In this document: positions 33,446 to 54,109 of the stretch, piece by piece | How positions within the stretch are numbered: the stretch's first letter is position 1 | How the letters are laid out: every line of letters starts with the position of its first letter | Assembly (NCBI RefSeq): GCF_009914755.1 | Contig: NC_060927.1 | DNA length: 64,000 nt | Source of the DNA: the human T2T-CHM13v2.0 reference genome, Homo sapiens | Direction: 5' to 3' (one strand) | The notes under the pieces: model-generated | Told to the model about the DNA's origin: nothing | Database searches by the model: none | Seen by the model: the letters and a program-made list of their open reading frames with translations, nothing else | Program-made: the position numbers and the translations under genes

Positions 33446-33950
33446 CTATAGAAAGGAAATCAACAAATTTTAAAACTTAAAACATTTAAAAATAAATTTA
33501 AGAAAACAAAATTTTTGTTTCATCCATGTTATAAAGTAATTAAGTTTTTAAACATTAGGGTAGTAAAAAATGCACTTATAAAATTAATACCTGAAATTAT
33601 ATCCTTAGGATATAAAAAGAAAAGTAAGATTTATATGTTTTGTTGTTGTTAGGCTAGAGAAGTCATTCTGGGCGACTCCCATTGAGTAGTTACTAAGTGA
33701 TGGTCATCATGTTAAGCACTTTATATCTATTATATCATTTATTCCCTATCACATAAGGTGTTATTCTTTAAATAACTTCTATGTTACATACTTTCCTATG
33801 AAGATAAATCTTCTCAAAACAAACACCTATTTACAAGGAATGCTAAAAGAATATGTTCATTAAGAAATGATTTTTAAAAATATAACTTAATTGTAACAAT
33901 TCATATATGGTACTGCTTTAACTCAATATGTTCTTAATCGCCATACTCAC

Positions 33951-34250
33951 TGGTGCATTTTGTTTCCTCAAATGTGAAAAGATACTGTGAAATGATTCTT
34001 TAAAATGGTCCTTTATAACAGTTTTAGTTAACTGGAACAGCCATCTTCGATCATCATCATTAATGAGGCGATCATAAAACACTCGGAGAACCTCATGCAC
34101 AAACAGACGGATCATAGTGTGTTTGTTCGCCACGGCGTCTCTTTCAATGAGTAAACAGCCCCGGATGACGCGTGAAAAATCACGCAAGTTGAAAGTATAA
34201 TGGGATTTTGTGGGAGTGGGTAAAAGATTTTCCACAGATTGTTTATATAT
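33951..34250 (-). CDS. DNAH12: DNAH12 exon (IYKQS...PTPTKSHYTFNLRDFSRV...HEVLRVFYDRL...NAP)
   Basis: 300 nt, CCA|GTGAGT donor. Confidence 0.95.
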
Positions 34251-34366
34251 CTGAATATGAAAAAAGCAACAAAGCAAAAATAAAATGCTTATAATCAGTA
34301 AAGTCATGTAACCAGTGGAATGTTATACAAAATATTTTATTTACTCTGTCAGATTATATGGGCTTG

Positions 34367-34679
34367 GGCTGGGCGCGGTGGCTCACATCTGTAATCGCAG
34401 CACTTTTGGAGGCTGAGGTGGGCAGATCACCTAAGGTCAGGAGTTCGAGACAAGCCTGGCCAACATGGCAAAACCCTGTCTCTACTAAAAATACAAAAAT
34501 TAGCCAGGTGTCATGGCACGTGCCTGTAATCCCAGCTACGCAGGAGGCTGAGGCAGGAGAATGGCTTGAACCCGGGAGGTGGAGGTAGACATTGCAAAGA
34601 GCCAAGATCACGCCATTGCACTCCAGCCTGGGCAACGAAGTGAGATTCTGCCTCAAAAAAAAAAAAAAAGAAAAAAAAA
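34367..34679 (+). mobile_element. Alu (S-type)
   Basis: Full dimer; TSD agattata..gg. Confidence 0.95.
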
Positions 34680-35161
34680 GATTATACTGGCTTGGAAAAT
34701 TGCATAGTACTAAGCTTAGCATGGCATATATGTTTATTTTGGCTTATAGCACTCAACCAGGCATTATTAACTTGAGGGAACTTAATATCCGATTCCATCC
34801 AAGCCCAGCCCATCCAAGTGGAAACCTGTCTCTACTTTTATTTCCCAGTTATTATGGTTACACCATTTAAAGGTGAATAATCTGAGGTTAAATAGTGAAA
34901 AACAAAATCTTTCAGAGAAAGGGAAATCAGATAACTCATGCTGAATCATTCCAAATGAAGAGGAAGATGAAATAATTTTCTTGTTACTACAATCAACTTC
35001 AAAATAAATCAATTTGTTCTCTCTCTTCCCTTCTATCTCTTATTCCCTCACCCCCCTTCTTCTTTATATCTAAATTGGCTTTAAGGAAATGAAGTATATT
35101 TTTACTATGTACTGAATTCACCAAATGAAGTTTAACGTTCTCTTAAAGGAAGGTGAATTAA

Positions 35162-35494
<333 letters not shown>

Positions 35495-36578
35495 AACGTT
35501 TTTTATTTGTATGTGTTCTGTGATTCATCTCCCTGCTCCAACCTCCACACATGGTAGGTCTATAATGCTTCAAAGACAGAAAAAAAAAAAAAAAAAGCCG
35601 GGGGTAGGGAGGTGGCAGGGATGCTTTCTGTATCCCCTTCTACCTGACCAACACCTCTGTATTTTCCAGGACATGCCTGAAATAGAAATATTATGTTTTA
35701 TAAATAGAAGCACTTTTCTGTATCAGAACAAATGTACTATCTCTTTGCTCATAGTAGTTTCTTTACTTGAACAGCACACACTTTCCACTGAAACAAGGGG
35801 AGAATTTTAGAAGACTGATGTTCTTGGAAATGGATGGAAGGATTCTAGGGAGTTTTCTGCTTCCTGTTGCAGTGATCACAAAATGAAACTTGCTTTATGA
35901 AGCTTCTAGAAAGTGTAGTTTGGTAAGATCATGACTGACATGCCTTTAAATATATTGTTTCCCATTTACCATTAGAGATGAGGCTGGCTCTAGTCTTTGA
36001 ACAGAGGCAAATAACACACCCGAAATAAGTTAAAAACTGTTCTTTGGCCATATGGGGAGTCTTGTTGTCTGTTTCTACCCTTGTATTTCTCTTTTATAAT
36101 TATTTTTTCATTGCTACTTATAAATTATGTGGTCTGACTAAAAGTAATGTATTCATAAGCTGCTTAAATTTCTTTAAGACAAGCATGCAAAATGGGAGGG
36201 AAGATAGAGAGAAGAAACGACAAGTACCAGAGTAGGAACCTAATAGAAAAATACCTGTGATGTGGCAGATACTAGTTTTAGATGTTTTCCTTATAACAAC
36301 CTTGTGAAATAGGTGTTTTATTCCATTTTAGTCATTAAAAAAACAGCCTCTGGAATGTCAAATTACTTGCTCAAAATCATATAGCTAGGAAATAGCAGTC
36401 AAGGCTCAACCCAAGTTGGATTCCCTCATTTCAAATCCTGTGATCTTCCTATTCTCTGGTCTTCTAAACAGTTTCTCTGACACCAAAGACCAAAGCAGAT
36501 AGCATCAAAAAAATAAAATAAGCGCCAAATGAGGGAAATATGTAATACTAAAACATTTACATTGCATTATTGACTGAC

Positions 36579-36834
36579 CTCCATAGTCCCATTGACTATC
36601 TGGTTCCCAATTACAAAGTACTCTGGAGGAAATTCATGAGTTCTAAGGTAGAATGCTACAATAGATGAGAAGATTCGGACCATAGTTTCATCACTAAAAG
36701 AATTAATACTGCAGATGTTGAAATGTCGAATACAACGGGGAGTAACTGGATTTCTTCCACCACCTGGAGGGCCCATTGCAGCAATCAGCTCTATGTCCAC
36801 CAGCGTGATTTTACTTGTGTCCTTAAGGTCGTAC
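36579..36834 (-). CDS. DNAH12: DNAH12 exon (YDLKD...[15 protein letters not shown]...NGTME)
   Basis: 256 nt, phase 2 to 0. Confidence 0.95.
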
Positions 36835-38417
36835 CTTAGAAAGCACACACAAAAAATTTAGATTATCTGTTATAAAGACAGTAAGATGGGATGAAATATA
36901 GATCTCCCAAGAAATTTAATCAGATTTTAGCTTCTCTAAAAGGAATAACTTCAGATAACACTTTGAGTAAGAGAGAAATTTTTTTTAAAGCAGAATTTGG
37001 TTTCTCCCCTCAGTGACTGATTCTGCTACCCAGATTTTGGATATCTGGAATGACCTTCCCTCTTACTTTTCCCTCTCTTTCCTCCTACTCTTCCTTACAG
37101 TTTGACTCTCCATTTCTCCTTTCTTATTCCAAATCTAGAAGCATGGATGAGTGATCAATCCTATTTGTAGCTGTTTATAGATAAGGTGACTATATATCTC
37201 ATTTTACCTAGGACAATTCTGGCTTGTGCTTGTTGTACCGAAGTAATTATTAATAACACTCCCCTTTTACTCCAGAAATGTCACAGTTTGAACACTAAGT
37301 TATATACTAAAACTGGTTATAGCAATGTCCTGATTTCTTCTCATCTCAAACTGTATCTTCAGAGTGGATAAAGATGTCTAAATAGGATCTATACATTTTG
37401 TTATAGAAAGGGACCCATTAGGGAAAAATGAAATTTCAAAGAAGTTTTAATCAGAAATAAATAGGAAATGACATAATTTAGCTGGAACCACTCAGAGTAA
37501 AAGGTTGCTATTGTCAATAAGCCATCAAGTCTCTAATACTGAAGTTACTGCACACACAGACATATACATACAGAGGCTGGGGTAGGAGTCTATCTAGCCA
37601 GTCCTTACACTAAAAGCATGCTAGAAAGTATGAAAATATGGTTTTTGGTAACAACCCTAATAATCAACAATAGAAGACCAGCTAAGTAAATTACGGTGAC
37701 ATCCACATAATATTAAAGCCAATAAAACGAATGAGTAGACAAATATGCACTGATATGGCTATTTGAGATAAATATATAAGTGTAAAATAATTTACAAAAT
37801 ATTACATGTAATATGAGCCTATTTTTACACATAAAAATAGACTTATATAGAAAAAAATCACTGAGGAATAGTGATTATCTCCTGATAATCACTAACTCAG
37901 GAGAGTGACTATCTTCTGAGATAATCGCAGTGATTATCTCAACAATGGTTATCTCCTGAAAGCAGAATTCCTAGGGCCTATAGTAATAACAAAAATGCAA
38001 CTGTAAAATATGACTTAGCTTTGAAATTCGTCTACCCTTGTCTTGAGATAAAAATCATGGCATACTGAGGAATAGAAAAGTACATTTAAGAGGAGGAAAG
38101 GAAGAATTATTCATCCTAATTAAAAGGTGCTATATCTTACATGTGAGAAACTAACCATATCACCATAAATTGGTGTGGGGAGAATGGAAGGGTTATCCAT
38201 GAGATTGCTGTCAAATACAAGCCATCTCAAAGATATGGTAGGTAGTTCCAAGCAGCCACAGAAAACATACAGTTAAAAACATGGTAGAAAAATAGGGTGC
38301 TGATTATGGTTACTTAGGTTGGGCACTACCCACAAATTCTTGACTTGGGGGAATGGTACTTTGAAGGATGTAATCTGTAAATTATTTTCAATAATTGAAA
38401 CTAATAGTTGAAAAGTG

Positions 38418-38834
38418 CAGGCATACCCCATTTTATTTCACTTCATTTCATTAAGCTTTGCAGATACTGTGTTTTTTTACAATCTGAAAAAGTTTTTAGA
38501 AACCTGTGTTGAGCAGGTCTATAGGCACCATTTTTCCAACAGCATTTGCTTACTTCTGGTCTCTGTGTCACATTTTGGTAATACTTGCAATATTTCAAAC
38601 TTTTCCATTTTTTTTATATCTGGTATGGTGATCTGCGATCTTTGATGTTACTATTGTAATTGTTTTGGAGCACCATGAATTGACCTACATAAGAAGAAAA
38701 CCTTAACTGATTAAATATTGTGTGTGTTCTGACTGTTCCACTGACTGGCTGTTCCCCATCTCTCTCCCTCTTCTCAGACCTTCCTATTCCTTGAGATAAA
38801 CAGTATGGAAGTTAGGCCAATTAATAATCCTCCA
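38418..38834 (+). mobile_element. Tigger1 left-end fragment
   Basis: caggcatacc..attttatt terminus; ggcaccatttttccaacagca, ggccaattaataa. Confidence 0.85.
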
Positions 38835-41872
<3,038 letters not shown>

Positions 41873-42038
41873 TTTAAAATAGTCTTTTCGAAATATATTA
41901 GAGAGGCTTCATGTATAGGAAAATCTGAGCAACTATTCTTTTCCCTAAATATCTTGAAAAATGTATTATTTTACTTTAAAAACCTAAAATAAAAACTGAG
42001 GTATAACTTCAGCATAACTTATCGAATTAAATAGTTAC

Positions 42039-42205
42039 CAATGTCCACAGTCAAAAAACTGTCGTAATAATTCAATAGGTGGTTGAGCTCCATACTTCTC
42101 CAATGCAGGCATATTCATATCATCTATAAAAATTATACACTTCTTTCCCATAGGTGGTCCAAAGACTCCTTTGCGTCTTTTATCCAATCTAGCCATGATA
42201 ATGTT
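42039..42205 (-). CDS. DNAH12: DNAH12 exon, AAA3 Walker B ([11 protein letters not shown]...[12 protein letters not shown])
   Basis: 167 nt, phase 0 to 2. Confidence 0.95.
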
Positions 42206-42679
42206 CTAAAATATGAAGGAAGAATGGTATATTTACCTATAATTGAATTAGGGATTTATCATACTTATATTAAATCAGTATCAACAAGTAAAACAACCCA
42301 TTTTGCCAGAATCCATGGGATTTTTACCAGTAACAATTACTATTTGCTTAATTTATCAATGATTAACTTAACATAAAATACCATATTTAACACCAGAAAA
42401 AAAAAGTTTAAGTTTCTGTAGGGAAATCATACCAAGCAGCATTATGTGTGTGTTTATTTTTACTTATTCATATTTAGGGTGATACTAAACTTCACAATCA
42501 ACATCATTCAAACATTTGTTGAAATCCTATGCACTCACAATTGTTACACATGTATATTTATGTATTATCTTTGTATAGTATATGCATGTTTCTACAACAT
42601 TTCTACAAGTGTCACCAAAATTTCTACAATATTTTCCTCACTGGATAACCAACATATTTTTATTTTTTTCTTCACTGAA

Positions 42680-42902
42680 TAATTTTACTTTCCAACTTTT
42701 ATTTTAGATTCAGGGAGTACACATGCAGGTTATATGGGTAATTGTGTGTTGTGAGGGTTTGGTGTACAGATTATTTCATCACTCAGGTAATAAGCATAGT
42801 ACCCAATAGGCAGTTTTTCAATCCTCACCCTCCTCCCCCGCTCCACTCTCAAGGAGGCCCTGATTTCTGTTGTTCCCTTCTTTGTGTCCATCCGTACTCA
42901 AC
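42680..42902 (-). mobile_element. Older L1P 3' end fragment
   Basis: ttttattttagattcagggagtacacatgcagg...tgtgtccat. Confidence 0.8.
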
Positions 42903-43722
42903 AATGTATCTATTAATTTTAACTTACTTAATATTTAAATGCATTAATCTTTACATTTGGCAGCTTTTTATAGCTAAAATAAATGTGGATGCTTTCTTAT
43001 AGTTCTAATACTTTGGGAACTCACTTGTCCATTGGAAAAATAAACCAAAATTATTTTCATTCAAATAAAGCTCCACAGTAAAGGAGTTCTAAATTTGTAA
43101 GATTTTGAAGTTCAGTGAAGAACATAGACTTAAAACAACAGAAATGAGGCCAGGAGAGAATGGATAGGTATAAATTTGGAAATGTATGATAAAAACGGCA
43201 ATTAGAAACAGTTTCATGAAATGTGTCAAGGTCAGTTTCACCTTGACACATTTGAGGGCAAAGGGTAGGATGCACTCACGTGGTTCCTGTCACAGGCCCA
43301 TGGTTTGAAAGGTCCAGGGAGCAGCAAATGCCCCTAATGACCATCCAGGAGGGTCTTGAGAGAACAATTCAAAGTTCTCACATTTCTCCCTGGGTCTCCC
43401 CACCCCTGCCCCACCCTATGTGTGTGTTTGTGTGTGTGTGAGTGTGTGTGTGTCTTTTATATTCCCTTTACCAGTTAAGAAATCGTTGCTTCTTCTCAGG
43501 CTTAAGAAAAAAACAGGTGATAAAGCTCAGTAACCCACTATTAACGTAAAAATGTTCTCTGAAACTTGTATCATTAATTCCAAAAACTTGTAACTCCCCC
43601 AACATTTGAAAGTTTTAAATTCATAGATTTACACAGTTGCTTATTTAATGTACAATTTTAAACACTGAGCAAATAAGACAAAAAAATTAACGATAGACCC
43701 CCATTTCTGTCTTTAAACTAAC

Positions 43723-43861
43723 CTGAACCTGATTGGCGCTGGTCCGTGCAGATAAGTTAATATAAAAAGGAAAGTACTGGTCCTTTTCCAAGTGATTCAT
43801 TAGCTTATCCTTCACATACACAGATTTTCCTGTACCCGTTGGACCCACAAAAAGGAGTGGC
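43723..43861 (-). CDS. DNAH12: DNAH12 exon, AAA3 Walker A GPTGTGKS
   Basis: 139 nt, phase 2 to 0, canonical P-loop. Confidence 0.95.
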
Positions 43862-44024
43862 CTTAATGAAAACAATGAATATATTATTCAAAATGGAAAA
43901 AAAGTCAGAATACATTTCTACTAAAGGAGGCGGTAGTTAAAAGTGTACATAAGAATCAAATCATCTTCATTAAAAACTCATTTTTACCTATAGTTATTTC
44001 ATGAAAGACAGATAAAAGTAATGA

Positions 44025-44724
<700 letters not shown>

Positions 44725-45218
44725 TAGATGTAATATCGCTATATATAAAACACTTATGAAACAAGTAATAATATGCTTAACTTTTCAGAGCAGAAAGTCA
44801 TAGTCTGTCTCCTCAGAAAAGAGTTGTATTTGTACTTTTAGGGTACAGACATGGGGGCAGCATGTGAATAACAAGGGGATGACAATAAGACAGCTAGCTG
44901 TAGGCTGTTTCCCAGTGATCTCAATAGCCAAAGGTTTTGTGAGAGATGGAATGACAGTCAATTCTAAAGCTAACAGTTATGTATATGTATACTGTTAACA
45001 GCATTTTTAAATCAATTCAATTACAAACTGAAAATATTTGTCCAAAAGCAAACTCTAAGGAATTCCCCATTCAGTGAATGGGGAATTCAAGCAAGGTTTC
45101 CCATTCTTAAATGATCATAACTAATTTTAAGGGGAAAAGTAATCATATGAGTTTATGTTCACAAAACTCTGGAGAATCCCTGTTTGAGAAATGCTGCATT
45201 AAAAATAAAATACTATCA

Positions 45219-45623
<405 letters not shown>

Positions 45624-46122
45624 TCAGTTCTAAGGGGTCATCTAAGTGAGCCAAACTATGCTAGTATTAATTTTGAAAACTGTTACTGAAATATGAACAC
45701 AAAATTAAAGTTCTTTTAGAAACAGAGTGACCCCTGAGAATTCATCTACATGTTCCAGTCTGAGTAACATTAGCTCTATGAAAATTTATTAAAATAGTAT
45801 TAATAAATTTCTGTTCTTAACTTGGGGTCCATGAGCCAACTAAAAACATTCATAGAATTCAGAGAATCTGTGAACTTGAATGACAAAAATGTTATACCTT
45901 TACTTTTTGCTATCCTCTAAAATGTAGCAATTGTATGAATAGTACCTGTGTCTTTGTCACCAGTAGAAATCATAGCTATTATCCTACACATTACAATTGT
46001 TACAGTATCTCAAAAATATCACTCATGCCCATTCCTTCTTCAAAGGTATTATAGTCATCAGATCCACTGACAGATCTTGTTATTTAATGTGTTAATAAAG
46101 AAACATATATATATTACTACTA

Positions 46123-46870
<748 letters not shown>

Positions 46871-47671
46871 CTAGAAATGTCACAGAATTGGCAATTGTCT
46901 TCCTTGCTTAGCTTCTAAATGCAAAAATGCAACTACGGACACAAAATAGGGGTAAACTAATTTTCCCTCATAAGCTATTTTTCCTGTTTTTTTGTTTTTT
47001 TAAATGAGATAAAATTGGTCACAGAATGCATTCAGGAACAGCTTCTTTATCAAAAAAATGACATTTATGATTATATAAACTTGTCTAGTTTAAATAGTAT
47101 GAATGGTAAATTATACCTAGTGTTTTAAAAGAAAAATAACTATTAAATGTTATTAAGAAAGTTGGTATGGATATGCAAACAGTACACATCTAGGCTTTTG
47201 ATCAGTTTCATGTGTCTTTACTTTTGATGGACTCTTCTGAGTTTTTAATATTCACCTTAAGTTATGGAATCCAGAACTGGCATAGGACATAGGTGAAAAA
47301 TGCTAAATGTAATAGGAGAATGTGGATCATGGTTACTTTGATGTCTCAGGAGTACGCTGAATCTTTAATTAGACTGCATACCTTTTTAACAGTAACACAG
47401 CAGCAGGCTTTCAGTGTGCTGTTACAAATCAAAAATGTAAGGCAACTTATGAGGCAGTAAAGTATGATGGCAAGGGCTTTGGAGTGGGCAATGGGAAATG
47501 TGTATTCCAGGTTTGCCAATAGCAACAGATGTCACTTTCAACATGCCAACAAGTCCCCCAGGATTTCAGTTATCTGAAAAGGGATGATCTCGAATACTTC
47601 AAAAATTGCCATAATCCTATTAAAATGGTACTTTTACATTCAAAATGCTTGTTTATAGCAGAGTTCCTTAC

Positions 47672-47823
47672 TTTGCATAGGTAATACTCAAATCCATTAG
47701 AAACGTATATCTAATTGTGTCCATCGTAGGGACTATGATATCTTGAATCTTGATTTGTTTATCTCCTAAATTAGTATTTTTAATTAATTCATTCCAATGG
47801 ACCCAGCGACCTTTGTTTTTCAA
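47672..47823 (-). CDS. DNAH12: DNAH12 exon (LKNKGRWVHW...IIVPTMDTIRY...ITYA)
   Basis: 152 nt, phase 0 to 2, VPT.DT.R motif. Confidence 0.94.
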
Positions 47824-48932
47824 CTACAAGAAAATATAAGTTTTAAAATATTAAAACCATGTACTTGCTGTATCTGAAAGGCTCTTTTCAACATGTATAC
47901 TATTATATTAGCTTTTAAAAACTTTAGTCTTCCCCCTTTTAATGAAATATTACATTCACATAAAAGAACACATATAGCATATTTTAAGTCATAAGCAGAT
48001 TAATAAAATAAGCATTCATGAAAACACCAATTTAAAAAATATATTTTTTCAATTTTCATTTTTAATAACCTGAAAAATATAATGTAACTTTTGTTATCAC
48101 ATATTCAACATATCTAACATTTCAGATACTTTTGCCTTTATGTCTTCTTAACACTCCAATATTCCCCAAATGCCTTCAAGATGTCCCTTTGCATACATTG
48201 AGTATTTATTTGAAAGCCACTCTAATGTACTTCAAGTCACAATTTCCTGGGTTTTGGCTTTACTTTTTTATATTTTAAAACAAATGGGCAATAATCTAAA
48301 TAAAAATAAAATATCACATAAAACCACTATATTTGTTTCTCTAACATTATTCTCTTTGGCATTTTGATCCAGGCTGAAACAACCAGGATATATATCAGCA
48401 TAGCTGTATTAATTGTTATGATACTGAAATTCTTCTGAATCACTGGCTAAATAACTGCTGTCCTGACACCCCTGAGTGCCTCCCAATCTTCACTCCACCC
48501 CCAACCATTATCTTCTTCTGCAGGTTGTTTTGACCCCTCCCTGGAGAACCCCAGCCCTTCCACTGTTAAGTAAAAAAAGTTTTAATACCTGCCAAAGTAG
48601 CCCCCTAAGACCCGATTCCAGAGCTGTGGCTGGAATCTCACAATCTTTTCCTATTTTCCAGCAAATTGTACACGTATATGTTACATGTTTGAATTGTGGT
48701 AACTTTGTAAGTTTGGGTGAATGTTTCTTTAGTAATTCATATTTGTATTTTTTTAAGTTTTAGCTTTTATTTTTATCAACATTATATATGTACATATTTT
48801 ACAGTCAAAAGATTTACAAGGTTAAGAAAAACAGCATTTCCCTACTGTCACTTTCCCTTTCCTAGAGACCTTCACCTTCTCTAAGCTGGATAGTTTGGTA
48901 TTTATTTTCGATTCTTAAAGAATATGCTTGTG

Positions 48933-49260
<328 letters not shown>

Positions 49261-49822
49261 TTACCACCTCTTTTTTCACTTTTAGAGATTACTTTATTGA
49301 CTTCCCGCTATGGCTAATGAGGATGAAACTCTCTTTCTGGCCAGATTCTTAAAATTCTGTGTTAGCATGGTTTTGGGGAAAGGGTCCTGCACTGTCAGTC
49401 AGGAGAACTTGAGTCAAGTTCTGGCTCTGCTAGCCATTAATCTTTTTAGGTTTACTTCCTTATCATAAAACTTGAGATTTAAGTGAAATTATAACTAATG
49501 CTCTATCTAGATCTTATGGGGGATGAAATAAAATTTGTATGAATCAAATAATTATTCAAATACTTGCTGTTTAAAAAATGCTTTGGGGAATTATTTAATA
49601 AAATGGAAAAATAAATTTAATTTAAATGTGAAATTATAAAAATATTATTAAAGCAAATTTATTTATACAGCCAATAAGTTATGGGAGGTGAAACTAAAAG
49701 AAGGGAGCTTAAAAAGCTCACCGCAGGAGTCAAAATAACTCTAGGATGAAAACCCAGGAGCTTTGTCTGCTGGCCTAAGCCTTTGTGTTTTATCTTACCA
49801 TAACAAGCTTTTTATGTCATAC

Positions 49823-50011
49823 CTCATACATGTAGTCATAGACCAGGCCTTTTTCATCAAATGGGCATTCCCATTTACCCACAGAATCTGGCACTGGGTT
49901 TTCATCATCTTTTCCCAGTATGATTAATCGTATGAAAGTATCAAAAACACGACGGCCATCTGTATCACAACTTCCTCCAATCGACCAAATCAAAGAGAAT
50001 ATAAAGCAAGC
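49823..50011 (-). CDS. DNAH12: DNAH12 exon (ACFIFSLIWSIGG...VYDYMYE)
   Basis: AG/GT bounded, 189 nt, F..IWS.GG dynein motif. Confidence 0.93.
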
Positions 50012-50205
50012 CTGTTGGTGGAGAAAAAATTTAACTTATAGCAATTATTTTAAAAGGCATTTTAGGAGAAACATTAACCAAAATTCAATATATTAGGATA
50101 TGCTCAACTTACTTGAACAAGGTCGTAAGTGTAAATAAAGTAGAATGGAGCACTGCTAAGCCACATAGTCATTTCTCTGACAATTTTTATCAAAATGTTT
50201 GCATG

Positions 50206-50992
<787 letters not shown>

Positions 50993-52136
50993 TGTCCTTA
51001 CCAAATAACCTAGGAATTTCTCTTGTGGGAGTTTATACTCAAATATATTTCCACCTGTGAAAATGACACATGTACAAGAATATTCACTGCAGCACTATTT
51101 GTAATAGCAAAAGATCAAAAGCAACCCAAATTGTTCTTCAGAAATGGTCTGCTTAATTGGATTCTGCTAATACACTGAAATACATGCAGCTGTTAAAAAA
51201 CAAGGTCACTCTATAAGCACTAATATGAAAATGACATATTACAATAGAGAAACGATGCAAATCAGTAGACAATGTATGCTAATGTATTTAAAAATGTATA
51301 CATGTAAAAGAGTGTGTGCATAAAATACTTCTAGAATTCTATATAGGGCACCGGCAATATTAGCTGCCTTCAGTGTGGCTGGGGGACTGCTATGGAAAAG
51401 TGGGGAAAACCCACTTTTGCCTTTTGAATTTTACTCTAGGTACATGCCTTATCAAGTCCAAAAGTAAATATATATTCAGAGAAAAATTTCACCTAGATAT
51501 CAATCTGTATAACTCTCTTGAAGTGATTCTGAACCACTTGAAAGGTTTAGGTTTTAGGTTTACCAACAGAATAAAATGTTCAGGAAAAATGCAACTTGAA
51601 GGTTATATAGGTAAACTATTCCCATGATACTTTTATAAACAGTAACACTGATAGATATGGAAGAAAGCTAAAACTTAGTTTTGTAAAAGGCGGTTCCAAA
51701 CCTAGGGAGAAAAAGGAATAAATAAATTATACTTCAAACATGTCTGTTCAATATCTTCTAAAGCGGAAGGATATAAAGGCGAAAAAGGAGGACAAAAGGA
51801 AGGGATTTGGTTAGCAGGAAACCCTGGAATGTGAGATGTCTGAGGCAGCAGATACTTTGGGCAGCAAATGGAAGGAAAAACAATGGGAGGGAACTGCTAT
51901 GCTGTGAGGGGAGAGGGAGGAGATCAATGCATTTAGGAATAAGGTGGTGCATGGGAAACCAGCATAGACCAGGAAAAAGACACTAAAAACCTCTTTCCTC
52001 AGGCTCTTGATAATCTGTTTACTTGTGCCATTCCCTCTGGCCTAGCTAACCAAGACTACTGACTTCTCCCTACCTGAGGCCTCCATGGATTCTGCCTCCA
52101 ACACTCCACCTAGCTGGCTGGATGCCTATTCCTGGT

Positions 52137-53128
<992 letters not shown>

Positions 53129-53342
53129 GATAGTTTTGGTTCCTTGTGACATTTTAATTTCTTTAAAGTGTTTTTTATTATCAGAATACCAGGTGTTAGG
53201 GCAACTTTAGTGTCTCCAGCTATTCTTTCAATGCTCACCAAAAAATAGCTTTGGATCTTGTCATGTCTTTCTCAATATAAACATCATGTACCAGAAGCAT
53301 AATTTATTTATAATTAAAAACTACATGAAGTATAAAACCAAC

Positions 53343-53462
53343 CATAATCCAAACACGAATGTGCTTGCTAGTAGGATCATTTTCTACCACATTGCAAAGT
53401 AGCACTTCAAAGAGGCGTGTGAGAGATACAACCACGTTGCTGTTGCTTGTAGGAATCAGTTC
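53343..53462 (-). CDS. DNAH12: DNAH12 exon (ELIPTSNS...IRVWIM)
   Basis: cAG acceptor, ATG|GTTGGT donor, 120 nt, phase 0-0. Confidence 0.88.
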
Positions 53463-53572
53463 CTGCAAGGTGAAAATAAGATAACTTTCTTAATTTTCAT
53501 CTTATTTAGAAAATAAGAAAAACACTTTATTTTTAAAAACTGATAAAAGCATACATGGTTTTAATAAGGTCT

Positions 53573-53892
<320 letters not shown>

Positions 53893-54109
53893 TAAGGTCT
53901 TTATAATATTTAAACTTAAAAACTTTAAGTAGGCATGATAAAACATTTCTCAAATATTTTAGTTTCCCATATTATATTACACAATTATACATAACAATTG
54001 TACAATCGCACATAATACATTCTAAATTCTCTGACAAATGAAAACTAGCTACTGCAAGAGAATAAACAGTGTTCTAAGGATAGCAGAAATGAAGTCTCTA
54101 AGAGCCATT

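Noticed and set aside
33597-33615. Palindrome ttatatcct-t-aggatataa
   Set aside because: 9-bp AT-rich arms are near chance expectation in 64 kb.
42003-42032. ataacttc-agcata-acttatcgaatta resembles loxP
   Set aside because: It needs several gaps, the 13-bp arms are not intact, and it lies in AT-rich intron next to a donor site; chance similarity.
47510-47526. RFX X-box-like tttgccaatagcaac (similar match near 62770-62783)
   Set aside because: Imperfect matches inside MIR/LTR remnants, far from the promoter; unsupported without ChIP data.
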